Assembly: GCA_037379345.1 (NCBI GenBank)
Contig: CM074519.1
Coordinates: forward strand, 36,172,103 to 36,236,102
Length of the DNA: 64,000 bases
Direction of reading: 5' to 3'
Origin: Perna viridis
Lineage: Eukaryota
The notes under the pieces were generated by a model that saw nothing but the letters and a program-made list of their open reading frames with translations, was not told the origin of the DNA and did no database searches. Made by a program: the position numbers and the translations under genes. Shown one piece after another: positions 22,810 to 35,810 of the stretch. The first letter of the stretch is position 1. Every line of letters begins with the position of its first letter.

Positions 22810-23605
22810 TGAAGTGATTATGGCAATAGGGATCCAGTGTACATGGTTATAGTTATTGTAATAGGGATCCAATTTACCTGGTAATGGTAAAAGGGATGTA
22901 ATTTACATAGTAATCATTATAGTGATGAAGATCCAATTTATATAGTATTCATTAAAATGGCGATGGTTGGTACTAGGAATCCAAAGTAACATAGTCATGG
23001 TGATAGGGATTATTACATTTATCTAGAAATAAGGATAAATCTAAAACTACACGGTGATGGTGAAAGGGATTAAGGTCCCCTTTGCAATGGTAATAGGGAT
23101 TTATAGTAACATATTAATAGTAATAGGGATTCATAGTAAAACAGTAATAGTAGTAGGGATTCAAAGCCACTTGGTAATGGCAATTGGGATTCAAAGTCCC
23201 CTTAGTAATGGTAATAGGGATTCAAAGTAACATGGATACCGTAATAGGGATCAAAGTCCCTTTGGTAATGGTATTAGGGATTCAAAGTAACATAGTAATG
23301 GTATTAGGGATCCAAAGTATCCTTGGTGATGGTATGCGGGATTCAAAGTTACATAATCATGGTAATAGCGATCCCAAATGCCCTTGGTAAAGGTAACAGG
23401 GATTCAAAGTAACTAATAGGATTCCTAAGTTAAGTGATAATGGTAACAGAAAATCAATTTTACCTGATAATAGTAAAAGGGAATCAAATTTATGTGGTGG
23501 TTGAAATAGGAAATCAATGCTACTTCGTGGTGGTGATAGGGAAAAATGTTGCCTTGTGGTTGTGATAGGATAAAATCAATGCCTCCTGGTGGTGGTGATA
23601 GGACA
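22810..23605. repeat. Degenerate 30-31-bp minisatellite
   Basis: Units like GGTAATGGTAATAGGGATTCAAAGTCCCCTT and AGTAATGGTAATAGGGATTCAAAGTAACAT. Confidence 0.85.
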
Positions 23606-23616
23606 TCTCTTTACCT

Positions 23617-23764
23617 GTGCTTGATTTCATAAAAAAATCTCAAATTGAGATCTTCTTCAACATAAATTTTGACCAATCAGATCACTTGAAATTGAAGATT
23701 TGAAAACAAACTCAGGATTTGAGGAAATTCTCAACTTGAGATTTATTATCATGAAACTGAGGCC
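23617..23764. mobile_element. Short MITE (PIF/Harbinger-like)
   Basis: TTTCATAAAAAAATCTCAAATTGAGA ... TCTCAACTTGAGATTTATTATCATGAAACTGAGGCC imperfect inverted ends. Confidence 0.55.
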
Positions 23765-26700
23765 TGGTAAGATCCCTGGTTATGATTAATTCAAACTTTT
23801 TCTAGATCTGGTAATTGGTAATGGTAATGATTTCAGTGATGTATAGTTGTATATTTTTGTGGTTGTGGACTGGATAAAGTAAATATACTACCTGGAGTAT
23901 TTTTAATTGTGTAGGGGTATCCTATGCTGTGCTCATATTTTAGTGGAGTAGATGGTCTATAGTTTGTAGAGTTGGTATACCTTAATCAAATGTTTGAGTG
24001 TTTTAATGTTGTTAAAAATCACATGAAAATTGAATAATCCTTGTAAGGTCTTTCTTTTCAACTGAACCGCTAGAAATAATCATTTTTGCCAATGATAGCC
24101 AAGGAATGCATGAAGCCATCTACTTTGATATTACACTGTAATCCTCTATCATGAACAAGAATAGTCACTTATTTTATTTCCTGTGAATGTGTCTTTTACC
24201 CAGTATAGATCATTGAAAGTTCAGCCAAACAGAACATGAAACTAATGAATTTGGATGTAAATAAACTTTATGTTTGATCTTTGTGTCTAGTTAAACACAA
24301 AAGAAGGGAGATAACTTACTGACCAACTAAAACACACAAGGGAGATAACTTACTGGCAAATTACCTTACAACAAACAAGAAAGAGAACTTATAAGGATTT
24401 ATTACAGATAAAAAGTCCATGTAGTGTATAAAACAGATGATGTTCTATGTACAACTGAGGAGACTCTATAACATGCTGTACAATGATCTACCCCTAATAC
24501 ATGCCGAGATACTATATACAAATACTATGTACATAACAACAGCATCACAACATTATAGCGAATGTTGGTGGGATTTTCTCGCTATGAGGCTTTCTAACTT
24601 CAAAAGAGAGTAGCAATAAGAAATTATTAAAATACACAATAATATTTCAGTGGATAAAATGTTCATCAAGATATTAAAAAGTTAAAAATGGTTGATATTA
24701 CTGAGTCTATTCTGTACATAGTAAAAAGTTAACAACATGGCTAAATGCCTGAAGCAAACTACTTAAGCCATTTATACATAAATAGTAGATTTAATTTGCA
24801 AGATATGCCAGTTGATATAATTATGACTAAGACAATATTGAAAAGGAAGACACATGATTTATCTTGAATTATCTTTAAGAAAAAGAAACCACTCCACTAT
24901 CAGTTAATATCAAAATTCTAAAATGCCAATAATTCAATATTTTACTTATAAGATCCAATCTACATACAATCCAATAAAAATAAGACAACTCTTACAGACT
25001 GCCTTAACAACACTTTCCCTAGTGTCTAATGGAAGAATGTATAGGAGATCTCAGTTCATTATTATGATATATACTGTAATATATTGATAACATAATGATA
25101 AACATTAGATAAATAGCTTAGTAACTGGTAAGTATAGAGAAACATCAAATTGGTAATTCAAGTACTTATTTATTTTAAAGGGCAGATTCGTGCAATATGA
25201 AAAATTCCATGTTAATGAGAATTGGATGGAAAAATCCATTTATTGTGACCATTACAGCGCAAACAATGATAATATTCAAGGGACTGATTTGGTCTACCCT
25301 TGATTAAATGAAAATTACCAGATCTACTGTGTTGAGAAGGGACTGAATTTTTTCTTAGACTATTCAATAAATCTTGATAGAAAGTTAAAGTCTCTTTCTC
25401 AATTGTCCACTCTATCAACCAACTCCATCCCTTGACCATGATCATTATATGTGCTCTAATAATATCCAACATTGCATCATGAGGTAATGTAATTTTACTG
25501 TAAGGATCTTTTTCACTGAATGAAATAGATTGAATTTTACCTGCATGACCAATATAATATGGTTTGTTTAACCCAAAATAATTAAAAATACTTTCAAAAG
25601 GTACTGACAGAACTCACAGAAGTAAGCCTTCACCTGCAAGTTTAAAGTTTCTTAAACCTCTGAACAGACAATAGTAATAGAATATAAGTTGAAACATAAT
25701 GCAAAGAAGGTATAGACACTTAGCTACATGTAAGCACATCATATATATTATAATCTTGCTACATGTAAGTTAGCTATGGAACACATTACAAAAACTTCAT
25801 CCATAAATCTTATAAAGTAACATTATTAAGCCTAATATTTTGACATTACATGCAACTGTTTGTAATAAATATCATCTCTGATTGCATTTAACAGATGGTG
25901 TGATCATCAACTATTACATGTTATTTTGTATGAAATTATGTAAAATCTACAAAAAACATCAAATTCAGACCATCACATTAAAGATTTGTGATATGGAATT
26001 GGGTAACTATACAAAAAAAAAATAAAAATAGATCTATAGCATTTTTAATATGCTATATAAAGATTATCTTAAAGAAATAATATTAGATCTTTATTTCTAT
26101 AAAAGATTTGCCTAGACAAAATGAGAATCATGTATCAATGATTTACGTAATACCATACAATTTGATCTGGGAAAGTGATTATACTGGCACAACATCAGCT
26201 CTGTGTACGTCAGATGTTTTTACATGTATGTACACTTACTGATGGTTGAAGATTACTGTGTTATAATGATGTACTATGACGCTGATACCAATACATCACA
26301 GAAAGTTAGGTACGTAACAATTACAAAAACACAAATTTCATATATATCTTATTAAAACTTGGTGTTCCTGGGGTTCAAAACTTTAAACTGAATTCAAGAC
26401 ATGAAATCCTAGTGAGAGCATGGCTTTTGTCAACATCATTTGAACTGATTGAGCTACATTGTTCATGGATAGCTAGTGAATCTCTGAATCGGCGGACTTT
26501 GGTCATGATGAAAAAGACTTGCAATTGGAACAAATCTTAATAATCATTGCTGTCTCTAAGGCACTTATCTAAACACAGATACTAGGGATTCTTCAGGTCA
26601 TCACAGGATTTCACTCAAACATAAAACACAGAATTTGAGGTATCAATGCTCTAAAAGTTGAATGAAAGATGAGAAAGAGGTGAAATAATGTTTTTTTTGA

Positions 26701-27368
26701 GTATTGAGTATTTCAAAAGCAATGTAACTATAAAACAATTGTTCATTAGGCATCTGGCTACTGTATGACTTCTTACTTATTCACAAGGATGCATGGATAC
26801 CCATTTTTTTTCATTAAATCTTTGTGTTGGATTTCAAAATAATAAAATGACTATTCATTAGATTTCAAGTTGTAACCAATACAAACAAGAGCTAAGAAAA
26901 TGTAGAAACATTATTGACTTTGTTTTTTTTCTGTTTAAAGTCTAAAATTATACTGGCCTTATTGAACACTGGTACTCAGGAACTAAAACTAAGTCTGTTG
27001 AATCAGATAGTAGATTATATAAGTAGCACTAAAACCTGGCCATGCTTCATAACTTATTATTAATCACATCGTTAAATATTGATATATCATAATAAAATGA
27101 TATTTAAATGCTGAACGAATACAATAATCATGAATAGAAAATAGTTTTGATTCAAATCTTACTACACATCAAGTAAAAAATCACAAAAAAATCTATTAAA
27201 ATGCTCATCTGACAAAATATTACATAAAATTTAAACGAAGTTGCAGATCCACAAAACTCTTTACATTCAACCATTTGAAATAATGATACTCAAGCATCTC
27301 AGATACACTGATTTGATCATAGAAATGACAATAAATACATGTATGTCCAAATATTTACTGCATGTAGC

Positions 27369-27660
27369 TCAGATCAAGATGAATGATGTGTTCTGGTGGA
27401 TGTTACATGTACATTTTTCCCGTTTAATCAGCTCCCAGCGTCCATAGCAGTGAGGTACATCGATGGCTCTCCAGCGTGTAGACTGTCCTGGAACACCATG
27501 ACCTTTACATCTCATTCCAAGGTGTTTGTGCATGGCAAATGGCTGGCATTCGACACAGACTTCATGACCAGCTTTGAGGTAAGTGGCCCAGTGTTGATGT
27601 TCCTGAGTATTGTTTGTACATCTGGTTGATGACTCTGTGATCTTGTATGTTCCACAATAA
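27369..27660 (-). CDS. Terminal coding exon of an uncharacterised Cys/His-rich protein (YCGTYKITESSTRC...VCVECQPFAMHKHLGMRCKGHG...CYGRW...CTCNIHQNTSFILI*)
   Basis: Acceptor ttcaatttcAG at 27662-27661. 292 nt = 1 phase-completing nt + 96 codons + TGA. Higher GC than the flanks. 8 Cys. Joins in frame to exon 42220-42349. Confidence 0.85.
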
Positions 27661-30600
27661 CTGAAATTGAATAAAAAAAATATCATTGTAAGTACAAAAC
27701 TTCAAAAACATGAAAATTGGTTGTGTGTGACATTGATAGACTTCCTACAAGTCTTTCTGTAATATATGCTGTTCTAAAACTTCAAATCATCAATCTCAAA
27801 CATTTGATAAAGGATATTCTGTTTTTTTTCTCCAAGTTTCTGTTTTGTGTATTCCAAAAAGCCTTAACTTTAAGATATTCCTTGATACCTGGGGTTAGAT
27901 ATTGTCATGTCTTTGGCTAGGACTTTAAATTGATGAATAAATCTTTAACTTCATGACATAAGTTTAGATTTCTCAAAAAATGACAGTTCAATGTAACGCC
28001 GAGTTCATTATACTTTATGCATTTAAATAAAAATAACCATAAATTTTCAGTGGAAAAATCTTTTATGTGCATTTGAAATAATCTGTTATCCTCAGGAAAA
28101 TGATAACCTAATAATGTTATAACAGGAGTATACAAAGATATGTCAGATGGCCTTAGGTTTATAAAAACATAAACATTATTGTGACTAATCCATAAACATT
28201 AACTTGCATTATCTTAAAAAGATTGAAAGGAGAGAATGAAACTTGTTCTTCACAATGAACCAATTCACAACTAAAACCCTTCAGATTTAAAACTAAAACA
28301 ATATTTTAATAGAAAATTTCTTACTGATAAATTGTGACGGTATGAATTATAGAACATTGACATTGGGTGACAATTATGGTAACACCCGCTACCTTTCTTT
28401 ACCACGTTATTACACAGGTGTGACATTTACACCTGTAGAAATTGGAACAGGGACAAAAATGAAGACTAAAGTTTGCTGAATGTATATGCCAACATCTGTG
28501 CTTTTTATGTCATGAATATGACTTCTGCTTGTCTGTTAAAGTCTTTATAAAGATTACACTTAAGCTAATTAAAGTACATAATTAGTGCCAATTAGTACAG
28601 AGCTGTTGCCAGAAACCTAACCCATAGAAGACCAACTTTTTTTTGACTGATATGGACCTGGCTAATGACACAACTATCACCCCATATAAAGTTTGAAATC
28701 ATTAGAATGGTATCACAAACTGGCATAATGAGAGAATGGTATCCTCATACAATAGGTCATTGCATGTTTTGTTTGGATTAACCAACCCAATGGATATCAA
28801 GACTTTGGTGTCTTGCAGTGAATTAGTTAATTGACATGACTGAGGACAATTGTGACAAAAAGGTATGAAATCATTAGAAGAATATCAGCATTTGACATTT
28901 AAAAAGTAATTAATAATCTTATTTTGTGATTATAATGCTGTTCTTTGAAGTATACTACACACAAAGATTCATTGCATACTTCAAAAGAGTCATAAACAGT
29001 TAATTCCTATCTAAGTTGGCTTCAACAATAGAAAAAATATCTAACCCAGTGATCATCATTTAAAAAATCATTTAGAGATTGGCAATTAAAAAGTAATTAA
29101 TGGATATATTTTCCCCTAATAGGTTTACTACACTAGAAAATAAAGAATAATATGTTATATAGGATTTGCATTATATAGAAGCAAGTACCATGAGGTTCAA
29201 CACTTTTGACTTCTGAGACCAGCTACTATAAGTTTAAGTGGGTCTGATTCATTTCAGAAATGTAACAGTTATCCATGAATATTTCACAAATATTTCACAA
29301 ATAACTTGAGATTTGCTAATGCACATAAAACTGATGCACCGGACAGCATAAATTCCAAAAATAATATCTTAGAAAAGCTTTGCTTCTATTTGAATAATAC
29401 ATTTGGAGATATGTTTTTTCCAAGGCAGGTATTAGGTTCATAACTACCAGTGAAGCAGGAAAGAAAGATGAGTAAGTACAGAAAACTTTTCCCGAACTTT
29501 ACCATAAATTTTGTATGAAGACGAAAAAAAAATTAAAGCACTACCAACAGAAAATAAGTTAAAACCCATGCTGAAAACACCATAAAACAATGCAGTGAAA
29601 CACAACCGGTATAAAGAGATAAATGAGGAAAGGGGAAATCACTGGAATGTTCTATTTAACAAAAATTGCCAAGACAGCAAAAAGTTGATAAAACTGCTGA
29701 AAACACAATAGTGCAATCTAATAAAGCCCAAGAGAGACTATGGTACTCCATCAACACAGTTGTGAAAACATACTTGATGAGATTTTCCCACCAGGCTTCT
29801 GTTATGAGATTTGCATGACTATTGGCAGGCAAAATAAGGCAACAGTAGTTAACAACCTTGGACTAACATACAAAGTACTGGTAGTCTTTTCCCAAACTAA
29901 ACCAACAATATTTAGGTGTATAAATTTTCACCCCTCAACATGAACTAATGACTCTCTCTTTAAACTCCTCATAACTTACTATAAATCATGGCTTACCAAT
30001 TACAACCCCTTAGAAAAAATAAGACTTAATATTCAGTAAATACTATAATCCTAAACCGGTACCCTGTTGAGTTGATGTGACTGATAGGTAAATGAAAGAA
30101 CCAGAGGTACTTACTGTTATAACATAATTGAAGTGAAAATTACTGAGTTTTAATGTAACATGATACTGGTGACTCATAGATATGTCAACTTAACCAACAT
30201 AACAATATCTACCCTCTATAGACAAAATAATATACATTGTACTGATATACCCTGCAGTGATCTATATAAACCCTATATGATGGGACCAATATAGTGATTT
30301 CTATCCTCAGTAAATAAGGTGGTACTAGACATAACATTCATTTCAATGGTGGCTTCTACCAAATGTCACCATGTCAAACATTCAGATAATTGTTTGTTGA
30401 ATATTCAGTTTCAAGAATAACTTTAGATAAAGTCAACTTTTAGAAAGTTTTTCATCTTCAAACCTGATAGTAATTTCTTCTATGTAGCATGTTAATGGTC
30501 AAAACTGGAATTGCTGATGGTGGCATTTTCTTGAAAATAATATCAGATAAATAACTGATGTGAGAAAAAAATGACTTGCTGAGTGGAGTGATGCATAGAT

Positions 30601-31000
30601 ATTTGAAGGGAATAATGATAGAAAAATCCAGATTATATATATATATTTATAATAAAAAAAAAACAAGCATTCTGACAGTATTGCTGATGCAATACAGTGT
30701 CCCTTTTCGGCCTTTGAACTCATTGCCTTTATGATAATTTTTTTATATATATGTGAACTAACAATGGATGGTGTTATTTTTTAACAATCAAGAGAAAATA
30801 ACTCTTGAATAGCAAAAGCAAATTCCATCAAAATCAAACCTGAGCTTCATTTTACAGTAGATAATAACATTTTTGCATTACAGAAAGCTGCATAAAGACA
30901 TTCTCTTTCTATCACCTGGAAAGTTGAAAAAAACTTCGTTATTATAAATTAAAGGGCAAATAACTCTAGAATGACAGTAGCAATTTGCATCAAAATGATG

Positions 31001-31726
31001 AAATATAAAATTTTATGTAATTTTCTATGTCAAAGGGCCATAAGTTCCATATAAATCATTTTGCCGCAATAATATTTAAATTTAATTTGTAACTTGTCAT
31101 GATAAGACTAGCTAACAAATATGAAATCAATTGGATGAGGCATTACAAAGAAAAGTCTGGAAAACATAAAATTTTATGAAATTTTCTATGTCCAAGTGAC
31201 ACAACTTCTGTAAAAATCATTCAACGGTAACATCATTCGAACTTAACTTGTAACTTGTCATTATAAGACTATATACCAAATATGAAATCAACTGGATGAG
31301 GCATTACAAAAAAAAGTCCAGAAAACATAAAATTTCATGAAATTTTCTATGTCCAAGGGCCATAACTTCCGTAAAAATCATTCAACCGTAAGGTCATTCA
31401 AACTTAACTTGTAACTTGTCATGATAAGACTATATCCCAAATATGAAATCAATTGGATGAAGCATTACAAAAAAAAGTCCAAAAAACATAAAATTTCATG
31501 AAATTTTCTATGTCCAAGGGCCATAACTTCTATAAAAACCATTCAACCATAATGTCATTTCAACTTAACTTGTAACTTGTCATGATAAGACTATATCCCA
31601 AATATGAAATTAATCGGATGAGGCATTACAAAAAAAGTCTGGAAAACCAAGTGTGACTGACGGACTGACAGATGGACGGATGGAGTGCCAACTTAAGTCC
31701 CCTTCAGCATTTGCCGAAAGGGGACC
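31001..31726 (-). mobile_element. HINE/Helentron-associated element carrying four ~160-bp tandem units
   Basis: Units start at ~31001, 31161, 31322 and 31482 (AAAACATAAAATTT.ATGAAATTTTCTATGTCCAAGGGCCATAACTT...). Followed by a GACGGA-type microsatellite and a GTCCCCTT...AAGGGGAC stem (31697-31725) next to an A-run. Related, more degenerate units lie at ~30785-31000. Confidence 0.8.
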
Positions 31727-32574
31727 AAAAAAAACAAAAAAAAAACAATGTTCATCTAATTTTGTGTCAGACAACTGGGGGTTACCTTTAGGCCAGATTT
31801 AAACTGTCCTGTTTTATACTGATTATTCGTGACCAAGTCCCACATTCACAAATTAGAAATCACCAATGTACTTAACAAAGCAGTCAACCAGTTAAAAATT
31901 TCATGAATATTTGATTATTGGTAGTATTGGTTCAATTGTTATGATTATTATACAAAAAAAGATTTCAAACTGGGATATTGGAAATATTTGATGACCCGTA
32001 TTTCATGATTGACAGCTGACTTTTGACCTAATTTGTTTCAGTGCTATATGGGAATGTACCTTGTTTTCTATGGGGAAAATATATTTCTACATATATTTCC
32101 ATAATTACAATAATATATTTTACTTCTTATACATGAACCTGAAGTTAAAGTAAAATTTGGACAATTTGCCACTCCCTTTTTTGGGAACAGTTATTACACA
32201 AATCTCTCTATGCTCTTCAATTCTTAATCTCAAAAATATTCTTGTTTTCATGTTAAAATTAATAAAGAAGAACGAGACTGTCAATAAACAAAAAAAAAAA
32301 AACAAAAAAAACTATTAACTGTGCATGATTTATCAAAAGATTTGAACTTTTCAATTTGGACTGTAATCAGGAATTTATAGTTCCTTTACATACTGACATT
32401 TATCTTCGGTTTATTTTAATGTAGAACTGTCTGAAATATCTGATAATTAATGACTACTGAAATTCCAATTTCAGTTCATCAGCCAAACACTTGCAGAGAA
32501 TACAGAAAGCCATGTGATAACATATTTCAATCACTACAGACAACATACCATGTGATCACTACGAACAACATTAT

Positions 32575-33050
32575 TAAAATGTCCTGGTATTTCTCCAATA
32601 CCATTTTTCTTCATGTCTATGAAATATGCATTTATTCATTAAAGATATTTGAAAAAGGGAAAGCAAAAAATTTAACTCATTGAAACTTCTTAACATCAAA
32701 CTCACAGGTTCTTTCATCTGCCAAATACTTTAAGGTCCCAATATACATAGTGATAAGAGCAAGAGGATTTTTTGAAAAAGTAAAATAAACTGTCCTGGTA
32801 TTTCTCCAATATTATTTTTCTTCCTTTAAATGAAATATGTTTGTACTTATAACAAGAATGTATTGAGATAGAAGGATAGCCTAGGTCCTCTTCAAAGGTG
32901 CATCTTCCATGAAATGAAGCCAAATGAAACTCCCTAAAGCTTCTAACATTTTGATAATAAAAACATCCCCTCATTACGAACATTGCAGAGAAACAAAGTT
33001 TTTGAAAGCACAAAATAAACTGTTCTGATTTCCTTCCAACATCATGTCCA
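32575..33050. repeat. Degenerate ~210-225-bp tandem duplication (2-3 copies)
   Basis: TGTCCTGGTATTTCTCCAATA..ATTTTTCTTC at ~32580 and ~32791, with a weaker third copy AAATAAACTGTTCTGATTTCCTTCCAA at ~33014. Confidence 0.55.
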
Positions 33051-33261
33051 TTAAATACTATTTTAGTGGCTTATTTATTACAGTGATGTAATGTTCAATA
33101 TATTTGTGGGATATTACAATCTGTGAAAATAAGAAATCAGAATTTTTTTGCCATTTTTGAGCAGTATTGAAATTATCCAGTGATCATGAAAATAACATTA
33201 CATTTAGATACCGTATAAGAGTGTCAGAAGGTATCCAAGAAATTTTCTACTTGAGAACAAA

Positions 33262-34298
33262 CAGTGAAACCTGTCTAATCTGAACCCTAAGTGAACAAGA
33301 AACCTGTCTAATCCAGACAAGTCATAAAGTCACTTTCAGACAAATTCAATGGATTTTTGAACCTGAGTAAATTGAAACCATGTCTTTACTTAAAAAAACT
33401 GTCATCTCAAAAAGACCCCAGTAAATGAAGCCATGAGTTAACAAAGCTGTCATCACAAAAAGACCTAAATAAATGAAACCATGAATTAACAAAGCTGACA
33501 TCTCAAGAAGACCTGAAGAAATGAAACCATGAGTTAATAAAGCTGCCATATCAAAAAGACCTGAATAAATAAAACCATGAGTTAACAAAGCTGCTATCAC
33601 AAAAAGACCCGAATAAATGAAACCATGAGTTACCAAAGCTGGTATCTCAAAAATACCTGAATAAATGAAACCATGAGTTACCAAAGCTGACATCTCAAAA
33701 AGACCTGAGTAAATGAAACCATGCCTTTACTTAACAAAGCTGCCATCTCAAAAAGACTTGAGTAAATGAAACCATGGTTTAACTTTACACAGAATAATCA
33801 AGGGAACCAAGATTGTAGCGGTAATCAAAAGAATGTAACCCAGGGACAAAGACCAGACATGGAAAACAGACACACACAACAAAGAACATGAAATAACTAA
33901 AATCATACATAGCTGCCATTTCAATGAGACCTGAGTAAATGAAACCATGACTTAAGAAAGAAAGCTGCTGTATCAATGAAACCATGACTTAAGAAAGAAT
34001 GCTGCCATCTCAATGAGACCTGAGTAAATGAAACCATGACTTGAGAAAGAATGTTGCCATCTCAATGAGACCTGAGTAAATGAAACCATGATTCAAGAAA
34101 GAAAGCTGCAGTATCAATGAGACATGAGTAAATGAAACCACGACTTAAGAAAGAAAGCTGCCATCTCAATTAGACCTGAGTAAATGAAACCATGACTTAA
34201 GAAAGAAAGCTGCTGTATCAAAGAGACCTGAGTAAATGAAATTATGACTTAACTTAAGAAAACTTACGATTTTATTTGGTTCAGACAGATTACAGTAG
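33262..34298. mobile_element. Tc1/mariner-like MITE filled with 48-bp and 52-bp minisatellite subarrays
   Basis: Left end CAGTGAAACCTGTCTAATCTGAAC, degenerate right end TTCAGACAGATTACAGTA. 48-bp units at ~33410-33710 and 52-bp units at ~33912-34250 share CCTGAGTAAATGAAACCATG. Confidence 0.6.
33795..33911 (-). repeat. Interspersed repeat (SINE-like), copy 2, inserted in the minisatellite
   Basis: Colinear match to 3952-4068. Confidence 0.75.
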
Positions 34299-35504
34299 AA
34301 TTAATTCATTATATATATCAACTACTCTAAATTTGAAAATTACTAATTTTTTTTCCCTGATGTTGCAAAAATAAGCATTGCACGTTAGAAAATGACGAAA
34401 CTGCTATAAATTGAGCAATAGTAACAGTATTTATAAAAACATTGAAGCACATATATGTATGTTATCTATCAAAGTATATAGGTCAACATTTTTTCAAAAA
34501 ATTCTTGAACAACACTATATCTAAAAATTGCAAAAGTATTGAAACCAACATAAATAACATTGATCAGCTGATAATTAACAAAAAAGATCCAGATGGATTC
34601 CTAAAACTTAAGAAAATAAATTGAGTTTTCATCAGATACACAGATAAAGGTTAGTTTGTCAAGAGACATTTATCAAGTTATCCACAAGAGAAATAATCAC
34701 ATGACAAGGTAGTCACATGACAAGGTAGTCCCTTATGGGGGCAGGTGATACTCAAAAATCCTCTTTGATCTTTATCAAATAAACTTCAATATTTCAATTC
34801 AAAAGGCATGATAAACAACAGAAACCTTTTGTGTTGGACAAGACAGTGAAAAGTATGCGGACCTAATATATCACAATTCTGAAATTTTATGAAAAAAACT
34901 GTCAAACATTTGTTTCATTAAAGCTTGCATGTATGATCTTTTCCATGTCTGGTAGCAGTTTAAACGAAACATTTTAGATCATCAATCTGTTACAGTTCCT
35001 AAATTACATTAATAGTGATAACTTCTGTAATAAATCCTTAATGTGGGAAATTCACCACAAAGCTATATCAAGGAAATCTGTTCAAGTTATATAAGTGATC
35101 AATGCCTGAGAGTTAATAACATAATAACTTCATAAAGATCTGGTAAAGATTCTGGACAGAGAAATGAGTCACTTAACCTATGGATAGTAATGATATGAAA
35201 AAAAATGAGTTTTGGCAAATTGTACCACTGCAAGATTAGCAATGTTTGAGTCATTGTCATTTTTAGGACTTGCCCTCTAGAAAAGATTTTTCTAACAGAA
35301 ACCATTGGCTTAGAAGTGAGTCACAATTCTAAAGAAGACAGCTGTTTCAAAAATATTGGGCAGCAGGAAAGTTGGAGTAGGATTAATGAGTAAGAAAGAC
35401 GGGGAATGTCAATTTATCAATAATATGCCTACCCCTAATTTGGTGTGAATGTATCTATTTACAAACTACTGGAGTCCAAGCTCAATCAACACCTGCTTCC
35501 AGCT

Positions 35505-35810
35505 ATTGAAGGAGAGAGGCAGGAGTGAATTAGGAATGGGAAGCAGGAGTGAATGAGAAATGGATGGCCAGAGAGGATGACAAGTTAGAGCTATGACAGA
35601 TTGGAAAGTGAGATCAAGTAGGAGGCAGCTAGGATATAATAACAAGTGAGAGGCAAGATAGAGTGAGAAGTGATAGGAGGAGAGAATGAAAAGTGAGAGG
35701 AAAGGGGAGAATGAAAAAAGAGGGGGAATGACAGTAGGTGAGAAAGTGAACAGGAAGGCAGGAGAGAATGATATGTGGGAGGCAGGAGAGAACGAGAATG
35801 AAAGACATGT
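35505..35810 (+). repeat. Purine (GA)-rich low-complexity tract
   Basis: Repeated GGCAGGAGAGAATGA and GAAAGTGAGA motifs. The ORFs over it are compositional artefacts. Confidence 0.7.

Noticed and set aside
25212-25472. 86-aa minus-strand ORF downstream of the gene's stop
   Set aside because: No recognisable motif or splice signals; likely a chance ORF in the 3' UTR or flank.
33346-33693. 115-aa ORF with a 16-aa repeat
   Set aside because: It is the translation of the 48-bp minisatellite and has no splice signals linking it to the gene.
33340-34255. Tandem minimal hammerhead ribozymes (CTGA..A...GAAAC)
   Set aside because: The core reads CTGAGTA/CTGAATA rather than CTGANGA in nearly all units, there is no stem II, and a GTC/GTA cleavage triplet is not conserved.
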